A stretch of 62,882 nucleotides of DNA, the filler included, from Chiloscyllium plagiosum (Eukaryota), in NCBI RefSeq assembly GCF_004010195.1. It is 4 parts of one record of this genome, joined end to end, with 100 filler letters (N's around TTAATTAATTAA, not from the genome) between each part and the next. Parts side by side here need not be neighbours in the genome. Positions count along the whole stretch, not along the records: positions 23,214 to 46,954 come from NC_057717.1; 3 more parts are not named here. One strand, written 5' to 3'. Position 1 is the stretch's first letter; each line of letters begins with the position of its first letter. Made by a program: the position numbers and the translations under genes. The notes beneath the pieces are model-generated. The model worked only from the letters and a program-made list of their open reading frames with translations. It ran no database searches and was not told where the DNA came from. Shown piece by piece: positions 24,455 through 37,325 of the stretch.

Positions 24455-26600
24455 TACAGGTTCTGTCCTTATTGCGTTTGAGAGGCGTGGGGTTCAAGAG
24501 TGTTGTACTGGAAAAACACAGCAGGTCGGGCAACATCCGAGGAGCAGGAGAATGTACGAGATAGGCATAAGCAATTCATCAGGAATTCGGCTTGTGAGTA
24601 GGGCTGAGGGACAAAGCTGAAGCCAAGTGACAACCCGCAGGCACTTCCTCCTACTGACCCCGATGACGACCTCTCCTCCCATCATCAAATCATCATCTCC
24701 CAGACCATCCACAATCTGATCAACTCTGGGCATCTCCATTCACAACCTTCAATCTCATTGTCCGTGAACCGTGCACTCCCCGAATCTACCTCCTTCCAAT
24801 GATTCACAAACCTGCCTGCCCCAGTCGACCTATTGTCTCAGCCTGCGCCTGTCCCATCCGAACCATCTCTTCCCACCTCGACACAATCCTATCTCCCCAG
24901 TCCAGGAAATGCCCACTTATATTCGTGATACACTTATGCACTTCACCTCCTCCACGAATTTCGTTTCCCTGGCCCCAACGCGTCATTTTCACCATGGACA
25001 TCCACTCCCTGTACAAATCCATCTGGGGTGACAGAAGTCTGCAAGCCTTCCATTTCTTAATCGCACATCATCCCAACCAGTACCTTTCCATGGACATCCT
25101 CATCCACCTGGCTGAACCACTCCTCACGATCAACAACTTCTCTATCAAATCTTCCCACTTCCTCCATCGAAATTGGTAGCCATGGGCACCCGCATAGGAT
25201 CTCGCTATGCCTGCCTGTTTGTCAGAAACGCGAAACTGTCGATCTTTCGCAGTTACACAGACACTATCCTTCACCTGCTCCTTCGCTACATTGATGAATG
25301 TATTGGCGCCACTTGGTGCTCCAACGAGGAACTTGAATAGCTCACTAAATTTACCAGCACCTCCCACCCCGACCTCAAATTTACCAGGATCATCTTGGCA
25401 ACTTCGCTCACCTTCCTGGACCTCTCCATCACCGGTCTCTGGTGACTGACTAATTGAAAACATGTACTACAAGCCCACAGGTATCGACTACATCTCCACC
25501 AATCCTATCTCGTGTAAAACCTCCATTCCTTGTTCCCAATTCTTCTGCCTCCACCACATCTGTTCTCAGGATGGCCAATTAAATCTCAGAAAGACCCAGT
25601 TTATCTCCTTCTTCCACGATCATAAGTTGTCTTCCCACGTGGTTGACAACGCCCTCCAGTGCATCTCCTCCACTTCACACACCACCACCCTTGAACCACA
25701 CGCCTCTCAACGCAACAAGGATAGAATCTTCTGGTGCTCACATTTCACCTAACCGCATAAAACGCATCATATCCTATCACTGACGCCACCTCCAAATAGA
25801 CACCACCACCAATGATATATTTCGCTACCCAGCCCTGCCAGCATTCCGAAAAGACCATTCCCTCCACGAACCCTTCTTCATGTCCATACTTCACCCCACC
25901 AGCCCACAACCCTTTCCTGGCACGTTTCACTGCCACCAAAGGAGGGGTAAAACTCGCACCCATACCACTCCCCTCATCTCCAAAGAATGCCCGAAGGGAT
26001 CATTCCACATCCGTTAGAAATTCACCTGTACTGCTACTAAAACCATCTACTGCATCAGTTGCGCCCAGCGTGGTCTCTTCTACAGATCATTTCAGAGAAC
26101 ATCTCTGGGACACCCTCACCCACCCAACTTCACCGTCCCGTGGCTGAACACTTCAATTCTCTCTCCTATCCCTTCAAACACATGCAGGACCTGGACCTCC
26201 TCCACTGCCAAACCGTTACCACCCAACCCCTGGAGAAGGAACTCCACACATTCCGGCTTGGGACCCTAACAGCACACGGGATAAATGTGTCCTCATTTCC
26301 CCTCCCCCAAGCACAAGCCTTCAGCTCGCCACCGCCCTCTCGACCTATTCCATCACTGCCACTTCTGACCTATTATCTTCTCCCTCCTATTCATCCTTCG
26401 ATTACTTTCCAGCTGTTTCCCCTCAACACCACACCACTTCCATTTATCTCTCAGCCCCGACTCACAGGCCTTATTCCGGATGAAGGGCTTAAGCCTGAAA
26501 CCTGAATTCTCCTGCTCCACGGATGCTACCTGATCTGCTGTGCTTTTCCAGCATAACACTGCCAACTATGATCTCCAGCATCTGCAGTCCTGACTTTATC
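24455..26600 (+). mobile_element. Penelope-like retroelement (RT plus GIY-YIG, degenerate) with inverted 5' pLTR and 3' pLTR
   Basis: IHKPACPSRPIVS, FTMDIHSLYKSI, AMGTRIGSRYACLFV and RYIDE RT motifs; IYCISCAQRGLFY and HFNS...FRLGTL endonuclease motifs; pLTR at 24495-24590(-) and 26470-26600(+). Confidence 0.88.
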
Positions 26601-27068
26601 CTTGGAATTATCAATGACCTTGGCGTGAATATATCCCTCGATTGCAGTGATCACAGTGTGACTGAGTTTTGCATTTATTTTGGGTGAGGTCTGGCTGGAT
26701 CTGAAACGAGCGCTTAATAACCAAACAACAGGAATGATATCAGGCAGCGAAGTTCGGGCGGGCTGAATTGAAGTGGAAACTTCTGTCAGACGATGGGCCA
26801 AAACAACTGCCCCACATCACCCAGATTGTGAATGACACACAGAAAAAGCACAGCACCTTCACTGCAGGCACAATCACAGGGGTAAAGTGGAATTGAGACA
26901 ATACAGCACACTGAGGTGCAATGGAATTTTTATGTGAAAGGATTGGATACATAAGCTGCCTTACATCTGGACTGCCCTCACATTGGAAAAATAATTTTCC
27001 TGCAGTTTAACGGCGACATTGGCCTGTGACATCACCATGCTGAGAGACACTGACATATTTTGTTCTTT

Positions 27069-27140
27069 AGCAGCGTGGCCGAGTTAAATCATGATCGTCC
27101 CATTAACCAGAATTCAATGCTTCAAAGCTCTCCTCTATGC
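27069..27140 (+). pseudogene. tRNA-iMet pseudogene (highly degenerate)
   Basis: Gapless 72-nt alignment AGCAGCGTGGCCGAG...CCCATTAACCAGA...TCCTCT. Confidence 0.6.
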
Positions 27141-28228
27141 AGGACAACTTATTTGCTACTCCTGTAATCAGATCTCAATCGCTTCACAGTGTGTCCTGTT
27201 CTGCTTCCTGCTTCACGGTAACACTTGAAACATGAACAAATCCACCTTCCACTTTCACCAATCTTTTGCAACTCCCGAGTTGGCACAGGTACGAGTGACC
27301 GATTGGCCTTTTCGAGCGCACTCACTCTGGTATGATCTGAATTATAAAGTGCACTGTGTCTGATCTGCAGAATGTCCTCACGCAAGATGGTGCTGTTTAT
27401 CCCATTCCCGTGGGCTGAGCTGTCTATATTGGCAGAGTATTCAGCCATTTCCCTCCACTTGCAGGCATTATGAGTGGATGTAAGTGTGGATATGCTCGGA
27501 AGCTTCGTGTCACTGGCACAACCAGGTGCAAGGGCGCCGCTGGAACTTAACATCTTTGATTGTGAACTTCCTCCAAATATCATTTATTTGAGAGAGAGTG
27601 AAAGATACTGAACTGGTGGGAACGAGAGAAATGGGCTGTCGACTGTCGTCCCTCAGAAAAATTCAAACAAGTGCATTCTTGTGCTGCCCAATTGATGTTC
27701 AGAAGCAATTTTCGCAGAACAATCCTGCAGAAAGGCTTTTGTTTCAGAGGGATCGATTTATTTGCTGTAATCGGGCATCAGTTAACATCTGAGTCCCAAC
27801 TGTCCCAGATGAAGCGACTCTGAATGAAACCTTCACTCACTGAGAACCATCTGCACAGCCAGAAGCTGCAGGGCTGCAGGCAGTCCAAAGCGTAAGGGAG
27901 GATTAAAAACGAGCTATTATTTCTCCCTCAGCCACTCTGTCACAGAGACAGGCAGAGGGACGGCAGAGACGTATGACGTCATTCACGTGCCGACAGAAGC
28001 CATTCAGCCCATCGAGTCCACGCAAATCTCTATTACTTGCTTCTCTCTGTGGTTATTCATCATCAGTGCTGCATGTTCTAATAATAGGGAACTGTGTCTG
28101 TGTCGATATGCTGTCTCCAACATACTGATCNNNNNNNNNNNNNNNNNNNNNNNNNNNNNNNNNNNNNNNNNNNNNNNNNNNNNNNNNNNNNNNNNNCAGT
28201 ACACAGACTGAAAGCTGGAATTGTCAAC

Positions 28229-28300
28229 GAGCAGAGGATTCTTTTCATCCATTAATTTCTGGATTGTGGGCCCACCACGATCCCTCTGGGCCGCTCTGTT
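28229..28300 (-). pseudogene. tRNA-iMet pseudogene
   Basis: Reverse complement AACAGAGCGGCCCAGAGGGATCGTGGTGGGCCCACAATCCAG...ATCCTCTGCTC; paralog of 9924-9995. Confidence 0.75.
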
Positions 28301-29785
28301 AGCGCTGACCACAGCAGTTTCATGCAGTCTCAGGTTTTTGTTGCAAGTACCTTCGAGAATGACGTCAAAAGATCTTCACTCTTATTGTGTGATACACAGT
28401 GACACAGGTGTGTCCCGGCTGTGTCAATATAACCACTCTGTAACTTCCCAAATTCTGCTGTTTTAATTGCAATTTCAATCAGAATCACAAAATCTATCAC
28501 GGTGCCGACTGAGGTCATGCAGCCCACCTTCTCTCTGCTGGCTCCATTCAATGAGGAAATGACTGTGTTTTGATTGACTGATTGTCACATGAACCTAAGT
28601 ACAGTGGAAAGCGGTGTTTGCGATTGGTAAAGGCAGATCATAGTAATCAAGGACATGCAGAGCACAGCGTGAGAAAAGCAAAATTTGACCAGACTCAGGA
28701 ATTCAGGTTACTACTATAGGACGTGCGCTCAGGAATATTCGAATTGGCAAGATCAGCAGTATTTCAAGTTAGACAATCCATTTCTCAAAGCAGCAACGGC
28801 CGAGAAGAAGCGGTTCTTCAACTTCCCTGTGTATGTTTTCAAGCTTTGGAATCTTCATCTGACCCCGATCTCATCGAAATCATATCTTCTCAGTCAAAAA
28901 TGAGGTAGTGTGCAAAATTCGAATGCTCAACCGCAATATGAAAGCAAGACTGCTCACACATATGTCACCTGTCTGATGCAATATCACTTCTGAGACAAAC
29001 GAGCCAGAGTGAAAGAAGCACAGAGTTTTAATCACAGCTCCTTTCCATTCCAACTCGCTTCTCCCAGGAGGCTGAGCGAGCTGCTTTACTGGAAAAGGGC
29101 GGTCTTCATTGATAACTGGATGAACTCATCTTCCATTGTCACACAGTGTTGGTGGACAGCAGTTTAAAAGCGGTCTTCAGCTCCCTATCAAACATGGGTT
29201 TGTGGAGCGGGGCATGGGTCTGCCGGGAGCGGGAAGTATGGAAATTCTGGAAAGGTGTAGAAAAGGGATACCGTGCATGCAGAAGATATCATCTTCTTTT
29301 GGGAACCTTTGTCCAAATAATGCCATCTGAGATAGATAGAAAATGCAGAACTGCGAGGAAAGAGTGAATCTCTCCCCATTATCCTGGAACAGTATCTGTG
29401 CTTCTCGAAGTCAGAGGGAGGCTTCTGCTGTCTGAATCATCATGGAATGTTACTGCAGCAAGTCCCGTCGCTCACACAGCTGATGTGTATACATTGTTCC
29501 ACGTTGCCTCCAGCTCAGACCATAGATTTCACAGCTCACATCACAGAGTGACAGAGAAGGGAAGGACGCGATTCAGACCATCATCTTAACACAACCTGGG
29601 GATAAATTAGATGTGAGAGCGCGGACATTCTTGACTGATTCCAGCATTAACAATCTTAGTCTGTGTCGTAACAAAAGAGGAAACAGGAACTGTTTATCTT
29701 GCTTCTTAAAACAGGTGAGTAAATTTTGAAGAGCATAGATATTTCTCCCTGGTGTTCATAAAATGATCAAGAGCAGAGTACGGTT

Positions 29786-29847
29786 CCCTGAGTGTGGTCC
29801 GACTTCTGGATTATGGGCCCAGGGCACTACGACTGTGATATTCTGTT
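29786..29847 (-). pseudogene. tRNA-iMet pseudogene with T-arm deletion
   Basis: Reverse complement ...CTGGGCCCATAATCCAGAAGTCGGACCACACTC; paralog of 9156-9216. Confidence 0.6.
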
Positions 29848-32411
29848 CACAAGATCTGACCACATGGGAAGAAATGACAGTGACAAGATCGATTGAATCG
29901 GCTTCCGTGAAAAACAGAAACCGATGGAACGAAAAGAGCCATGAGAGCGGGAATGTAGCATTATCTGTGAGGACGTTGTTTTCCAGACTCGACGAGAGTG
30001 CACAGTGCTGTTTCCAGGGGTCAATATTTGGATGNNNNNNNNNNNNNNNNNNNNNNNNNNNNNNNNNNNNNNNNNNNNNNNNNNNNNNNNNNNNNNNNNN
30101 NNNNNNNNNNNNNNNNNNNNNNNNNNNNNNNNNNNNNNNNNNNNNNNNNNNNNNNNNNNNNNNNNNNNNNNNNNNNNNNNNNNNNNNNNNNNNNNNNNNN
30201 NNNNNNNNNNNNNNNNNNNNNNNNNNNNNNNNNNNNNNNNNNNNNNNNNNNNNNNNNNNNNNNNNNNNNNNNNNNNNNNNNNNNNNNNNNNNNNNNNNNN
30301 NNNNNNNNNNNNNNNNNNNNNNNNNNNNNNNNNNNNNNNNNNNNNNNNNNNNNNNNNNNNNNNNNNNNNNNNNNNNNNNNNNNNNNNNNNNNNNNNNNNN
30401 NNNNNNNNNNNNNNNNNNNNNNNNNNNNNNNNNNNNNNNNNNNNNNNNNNNNNNNNNNNNNNNNNNNNNNNNNNNNNNNNNNNNNNNNNNNNNNNNNNNN
30501 NNNNNNNNNNNNNNNNNNNNNNNNNNNNNNNNNNNNNNNNNNNNNNNNNNNNNNNNNNNNNNNNNNNNNNNNNNNNNNNNNNNNNNNNNNNNNNNNNNNN
30601 NNNNNNNNNNNNNNNNNNNNNNNNNNNNNNNNNNNNNNNNNNNNNNNNNNNNNNNNNNNNNNNNNNNNNNNNNNNNNNNNNNNNNNNNNNNNNNNNNNNN
30701 NNNNNNNNNNNNNNNNNNNNNNNNNNNNNNNNNNNNNNNNNNNNNNNNNNNNNNNNNNNNNNNNNNNNNNNNNNNNNNNNNNNNNNNNNNNNNNNNNNNN
30801 NNNNNNNNNNNNNNNNNNNNNNNNCTCACTGTGTTACTTCAGCACACGTAGAAAAGAAATAAATATAAGAACAACAGTCACGTATGTGACTGGAATTTGC
30901 CCCGATTCAGCTGTAATTGAAATTGCTTCCACCTTTCCTGTGTCGGTAATAAGATTGCACAGCTTAGTGGTCAGTTTTTGTACGTTGAATTGGACCCAGC
31001 ATCCTTTCTCGGCTTGAAATTTACTGGGATATAAAGACATGGTGAAAGACACGGTAGAGTTTACTAGAATTTAAAGACGTTCGGAAGGACACGGTCAGAG
31101 TTCACTTGATACAAAGTCAATAGAAAGGACAGTCATGATGCTTACTTTGAGATAACACCACTAGAAAAGGAAACAACAGATTTAACGGGACGGTGAGATA
31201 GATAGAGAATCATGCGGGAGATATCAAGGAAGACTTAGCAGTGTCTGGAGGAAAGTTACCCAGCTGATGTGACGTTAGTAAGAACAAATCTGAGGGAAAT
31301 TCCTTCGTTTCAGCGAGTGGAAAGTAGAGGTTAGAGCTTCAAAACCAATGGGGAATGATGAAGAAATTTGGAGCAGATTATTTTTTATTCCGAGAATTAT
31401 TGAAATCGGAAATGAATTTTCAGAAATAAAAACATTTTAGAAGCTGATTCCTTTGTATTTCAAAAGTCGTGTGCAGACACACAGGGAGTGAAATTCACAA
31501 GGACAGAGATTCTGGACTGCATGGATGGCGAGGTAAAAGGGACATACTCTCGAGGTGGATAACATTCATCGGAAAGAAATTGCATAATACCTGCATCTGA
31601 AAATGCTACGTATAAGAAGAGCTGCTGGCGTTGATGGGTGTTGCAGCTCATTCTACATGATATATTATGTATTGTAAATATACTGAGCTGTTTGGTTTAG
31701 CGCTGCATTGAATGGAAGTCGGTTAGCTCAGTCCGCTGACTAACTAGTTATGAGAAAAGTGAGACCAACCGCATGGGATTAATTCTCTCGCTGTCTCAGG
31801 TTTGCATAAGGTTCATCATCTACCCCGCTCATCTGATCTGTAATAGTGAGTAAGATTTGGCCTAATGATGGAAAACATCATTATCATTGCCATCTGTAGC
31901 CTTGAACATTTGGTCAGAATCATTCGAAAGGAGAGTGAGTCCATTTAATACTCACTGATCTTGGCTTGAAACATCCTGTGACAAGTTTCGACCTTATCCC
32001 AGTTTGAAACCTCTGCTCCTCCCAAAACAGCAAAACGACTTGGTATGCCTTTGCCAGATTTACTGACAACATTCAAACTCCCCAAAGAGATAAATCTAAT
32101 ACTTTCGGTTGGATAATGACCTGTGGAGGTTTGCAGGATATGGAATGATATGAAATGAGTTAAACAGAATTTCCCAGAATGTAATCCAGTACAGACTGGG
32201 CGATTTGAGAAAGGTCGTCAAGCTAAAGGTTCACCTCTGTTTCGATATACATAGATGGATATTCACCTGGGGAATATTTTCAGCTTTTGAGATAATAATT
32301 GACAGAAATTTGAAACTGGAGTTTTCAAATAAAAGCTACTTTACTCAACATTGATTTCAACTGCGTTTTAGTATGATGCGCTAATAATCCCTTGTCAATG
32401 TCAGTAATAGC

Positions 32412-32495
32412 ACCTTTAGATAAGCTTTGAACTGACAAGCGTGGCATTTTACGCACCTTTAAGTAGCAGGCGCTAAACAATTGCGCGACTGGAGC
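32412..32495 (-). pseudogene. tRNA-Ile(TAT)-derived intron-containing pseudogene
   Basis: Reverse complement GCTCCAGTCGCGCAATTGTTTAGCGCCTGCTACTTAAA, short intron, ATGCCACGCTTGTCAGTTCAAAGC. Confidence 0.7.
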
Positions 32496-33615
32496 CGCAG
32501 ACAGCAAGCTGGTCACATGCCCTACTCATGCATTCGGAACTTTAACTCAACTACTCTATATTTGCTTTGGTTCTGAAATTAAAGCTAACGCAGACCAGGT
32601 GAAACTGACATGGACCTGTGATTATTGAAGCATCAGGTTCAGGAAAGGTACAAATAAAAATATGCAAAATAGACGTAGTTGAAAAATGGGTTTCCGTTGG
32701 TTCCTGCGTTGTTTACAGACAATGCTACATTGCCGCTGTCGCCAGACCTTTCTTTTGATCGGCTTCAATTTGAAGCAATAACTCTTCGCAACTTCCTTCT
32801 GAAAGTTCATACTGGTAAAATGAAACATACGGCATTTAGCAATAATCTTCACTATTCCTTCAGCCATGAACACGTTGCACGGTTTCCATGAATACTGAAG
32901 ATGTAAGAATGTGATGCAAGAATAAATTCATTTCCAGTTTAAATTGTAAATTAGGAAGAATGCTCAGTCAGACTCAGCAAGTCAGAAATTCATGTACGTC
33001 TCCGTGTCCAGAACTGCAGCAAAGCAGAGAGGTAATCTGTCCCTGAATCCCCACGTTTGCTTGGTCCATGTGTCCAGTTGGAAACCTGTGTGAAGGGTAA
33101 TGCAGTCTGACAGAGCGCCTGGGAGAATCCTTGATTGTCTGATCTAAAGCTGCAATAGGATCTCTCCATTCTGGTTGTGGGTGTAGATTGACATTTCAAC
33201 ACATTATGATTGATAACCCTCTTTCAGAAACAGCACTGGCAGAGAGTAACAGGAGGACGCTATTCCAAACACCGGTCCTACCCCACCATTTGACATTGTT
33301 CAATATCTTTCCCCGATCCATCCACAACAGCCTGTTGCCCAAAATGAAAAAGACATTTAAGAAATCGATAATGCCTGTGCAACTATTGGAAGGGAATGCG
33401 TTTCGAGACGGTGGGTTTCTGCACGAGGTTTGTAGGTTTCATGGGTTAGCAGTTGGTTCTGGTCTGATCATGCTTCAAATGATATGATTCCGTCAAAACT
33501 CACCAGCAAGGGGTAAGGATTTTTTTGTATTCAACAGCAATGTCGAGAAACACAGACTACAGGAAGTAACGGTGAATCAGCAGAATAATAATTGATTCAG
33601 CTGAAATCTGAACTT

Positions 33616-33706
33616 CGATTCTGGTGGAACTCAAATCAACAAATATTGTATCGCAATTTAACAATGCTGTACAAATCTAATGCGCTTTCCATTGCACCAC
33701 CGCGCC
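33616..33706 (-). pseudogene. tRNA-Arg(TCT)-derived intron-containing pseudogene
   Basis: Reverse complement GGCGCGGTGGTGCAATGGAAAGCGCATTAG...TTTGAGTTCCACCAGAATCG; paralog of 5100-5191. Confidence 0.72.
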
Positions 33707-33743
33707 GGGCGAGCCACAGTTTTACTGTACACAAATTTGTATT

Positions 33744-34417
33744 TGTCGTGAAGAAAATGTAATAAATCTCCAGGAGATGCGGGGAGTTCTTCAAGGTGTA
33801 GATCTTTTATTTGCAGTCAAAAACCATGACATTCAGAAAGCAAATTATTGAACGACCCCGAAACTCAGGATCCGTTGCTCTTTATACCCTTTCTTTAATT
33901 ATATTTTTGTTAGCTTACCAGGATGCCCAACTGTGTTAGACATTGGTATCTCACTCCAGGTATACAAGAAGTCATTATCGCTCTCCGTCTGCCAATATGG
34001 TTTTTCTATTGTCACGATTATGTGCTTTACTGCCATATCTGATGCAATGATCTTACTGCCCAGACTAACCTGACATGATTACATCCATCACAATGTTTTC
34101 CTGTCCCAAGCTGATTCGATATTTAATGTTTTTTTTTCTGCTACAAGGGTTTCAAGCAGGCTGACTCTACTAACGATCAATTAAAGATTTAAAGTCAGTC
34201 CTAAATATTTATAATCACGACTTGTCCCAAACTGCCATGATGATATTTAGTTGGCAAGGCTGATGTTACTAATTGCTATTATCTCAGCCTGTCACAGTAA
34301 ACGTTCAGCCCCAGTCTGACTCTGCTAATTGGTGGAGGTGCATTCCACTATGATAATCCCATCCAGCTACAGTGGCTCCACCCTGCTACAGTGACCTTAT
34401 GACTCGTGTAGCATTCC
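33744..34417 (-). mobile_element. Probable LTR (partial, runs into gap)
   Basis: Absent from the paralogous arm; on the minus strand it has TATAAA (~33882), then AATAAA (~33806), and ends ...ACGACA. Confidence 0.45.
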
Positions 34418-35509
34418 NNNNNNNNNNNNNNNNNNNNNNNNNNNNNNNNNNNNNNNNNNNNNNNNNNNNNNNNNNNNNNNNNNNNNNNNNNNNNNNNNNN
34501 NNNNNNNNNNNNNNNNNNNNNNNNNNNNNNNNNNNNNNNNNNNNNNNNNNNNNNNNNNNNNNNNNNNNNNNNNNNNNNNNNNNNNNNNNNNNNNNNNNNN
34601 NNNNNNNNNNNNNNNNNNNNNNNNNNNNNNNNNNNNNNNNNNNNNNNNNNNNNNNNNNNNNNNNNNNNNNNNNNNNNNNNNNNNNNNNNNNNNNNNNNNN
34701 NNNNNNNNNNNNNNNNNNNNNNNNNNNNNNNNNNNNNNNNNNNNNNNNNNNNNNNNNNNNNNNNNNNNNNNNNNNNNNNNNNNNNNNNNNNNNNNNNNNN
34801 NNNNNNNNNNNNNNNNNNNNNNNNNNNNNNNNNNNNNNNNNNNNNNNNNNNNNNNNNNNNNNNNNNNNNNNNNNNNNNNNNNNNNNNNNNNNNNNNNNNN
34901 NNNNNNNNNNNNNNNNNNNNNNNNNNNNNNNNNNNNNNNNNNNNNNNNNNNNNNNNNNNNNNNNNNNNNNNNNNNNNNNNNNNNNNNNNNNNNNNNNTTG
35001 AAATCCATATTTATCCCGTATGTTGCAGGGTCCCAAGGCATGATATGAGGCGTCCCTCTTCCACGCAGCGAGTGGTAACGGTTTGGCTTATGCCCGAAAC
35101 GTTGATTGTCCTGTTCTGCAAACCACATTTCAGGGGAGATGTGAAATACCAAAGACTTAAAAAAGGACAAAAACTGATAGAATCAGAGTTAATGGAAATA
35201 TGCACAATGCAGACCGAAACTATTTGGCCAATTGAGTCGGCTCTGTGCTGCCGAAGAGACGGACATTCCCCCACCATATCTTTCTAAACCTGCATTATTG
35301 ATCCACCTACAAAAATAGAAATGTGTTCAAAAGCTCAGCGGGTCAGGCAGCATCGGTGGAGAGAAATCAGAGTGATCATTGCCAATCGCAAGCAGTTCCA
35401 AGGAATGATCTGTTGACCCCAAATGGTCATTTTGTTTTCCCTGAGCTGCAATTCCTACTTTTGTCTCTGGTTTTGTCTTTGATTATACCGTCCATTCAGG
35501 TTTTGTTTG

Positions 35510-35680
35510 CAATCTACCTGAAGTGCACACCTTTGGACGGCGAGAAGGAATCGGAGCAGCCAGAGGAAACCCACACGGAAGAGAGAGAAATGGAGGGTGC
35601 AACTTCCACACAGTCAATCACATAAGTCTGGAATCGAATGCGGGTTTCTGGCCTCTTAGCCCTCCCAAGCTGCATGCGCC
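35510..35680 (-). mobile_element. Degenerate V-SINE (HE1-like)
   Basis: GGAGCAGCCAGAGGAAACCCACACG...CCACACAG is the reverse complement of the V domain. Confidence 0.65.
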
Positions 35681-36739
35681 CGTCCCGGATGCAAATTGAA
35701 CCCAAACTCACGCAGTGAAAGGCAGTGGTAATAACTTGGATTTCTATGCAAAAAGAAGCCGATGTATCAGTACTGGAAATCAATAATCGATTAACTGTCC
35801 GAACTCTTTTTTAAATCATTTGACCGATAATCTTGTCATCAAAAATTCACATCTGAATACTTCTGAATGTTATGAGGTTTTCTGCCTCTTCAACCTTTGC
35901 ATGCACTGAGTTCCAGATTTCAACCACCCGCCGTTTCAAAACGTTTGATTGCGCATTCACTCAAAATTTTCCTCCTCTGTGCTTAAATCTAATACTCCGT
36001 AAGTGATCTCTCCATTATAGCAAAACGTTTATATCAGTGTCCGCCATCCGTATCCCTGATTATTTTGTATATCTGATTCATGTCTCCTCTTGATCTCTAC
36101 TGCTCTAAGTCTATCCAGTCTATCCAAGCTCTTCTACCCAGACAATATCCTGGTAAATCACCCCTGCGTCATTTCCAGTGCGAATGTGATTGCAGAACTG
36201 CACACAATAGTCGAGATAGAGCAGAATGAGCAAGTGAAATAAATGATGTGGAAATCCGCAGAAAGAGGTATTTTTGAAAAAAAGTTCATTTTCCTCAGTG
36301 CTGCCCTGTGTTTTTTTTCCTGAGCCTGAAGTTCCAATAATATCTGATCCATGTAATTAAAACTAGCTCCTTGACCATTGATCTCAAAACCACAGTATCG
36401 AATTGGATTGACTGATCTGAAGGTCGAAATGGTATGGTTGTGGCAAGTTCACCCAGCAACAGTGAGCGCAGCAGCACAGACTGAAAAGGGTTCAATGAGA
36501 AAATAATTGTAAGGGAAATGTGACGGGGAACTTAAAGGAGATCAGTGATTGTTGGAGGGAGAGATATCTCCAAGAATGGGAGAGTCTGAATTATGATATT
36601 TGTCCCACAGAGATGTGTGAGAGAGGGGTTTGTTGAAAAAATCAGAATATCAGAGAAAGTTTTCATGTAAAATCAATTAATTCATTTCTGTGTTTCTTTG
36701 GCACATACCACAAGGAGTTAAAAAGTTGAGAACGTTACA

Positions 36740-36812
36740 TGCCGTAACTCGGATTCAAACGAGGTTACTGCGGCCACAACACACATCATTTAAAATTATG
36801 CGATCCGTGGGC
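36740..36812 (-). pseudogene. tRNA-His(GTG) pseudogene
   Basis: Reverse complement ...GTTGTGGCCGCAGTAACCTCGTTTGAATCCGAGTTACGGCA. Confidence 0.8.
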
Positions 36813-37230
36813 CATGCAGAGATGCGTGTTTGAAAAGAACAGTAATGACAGTGACATAGGACATGTTAGGAAGAATGGAGAGACACAACAGGACGATTTG
36901 GCAAGCAATGATAGACATGTGGGAACTCAGAATTGGCTGTATATTTAAATTGGATGATTCAAGAGGCTGATAAAGTTCCATCGAGTACTGCATGTTGAAG
37001 ACTGAGGGTGATAGATTTTTACAAAACATCAAATTCTCAAGGGGTACTGCAGGATATTGTTGAAATGTAAGTTTCAACAACAATGTTGCCTCACGAGCTT
37101 CCCCACACAAGGAAGAACCCATTTCTGCAGTGGATCACATAATCCCAGTTGCACCACCCAGAACCAATGGTGCAGTTGCAAAGATCATCTGGAAATTGTG
37201 ATAGAAATGAACACATGAAGCTACTCTGTC

Positions 37231-37325
37231 GCAGCAATGATGCGATCGGTGAGCACATGGTCATTCTATGATGGTATAGAGGCGCATGAAATTTCGAGAC
37301 TGGGAGTTCTCCTGATCAAAGGCGG
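37231..37325 (+). pseudogene. tRNA-Ile(TAT)-derived pseudogene (3' half also at ~216-250)
   Basis: GCAGCAATGATGCGATCGGTGAGCACATGG aligns without gaps to the Ile-TAT 5' half; paralog ATGCTGAGGCTGTGAG at ~217 matches the 3' half. Confidence 0.5.

Larger units (their letters stand above)
27350..37200 (-). repeat. Inverted, diverged paralog of ~1990-11100
   Basis: Collinear reverse-complement matches, e.g. 2210-2240/36975-37010, 5100-5220/33590-33706, 6130-6200/32680-32740, 9900-10020/28200-28330, 10500-10650/27860-28020. Confidence 0.85.

Noticed and set aside
31718..31810. tRNA-like GGTTAGCTCAG...GGGATTAATTC (paralog at ~7080-7160, minus strand)
   Set aside because: Looks like a degenerate SINE head rather than a tRNA gene; no cloverleaf
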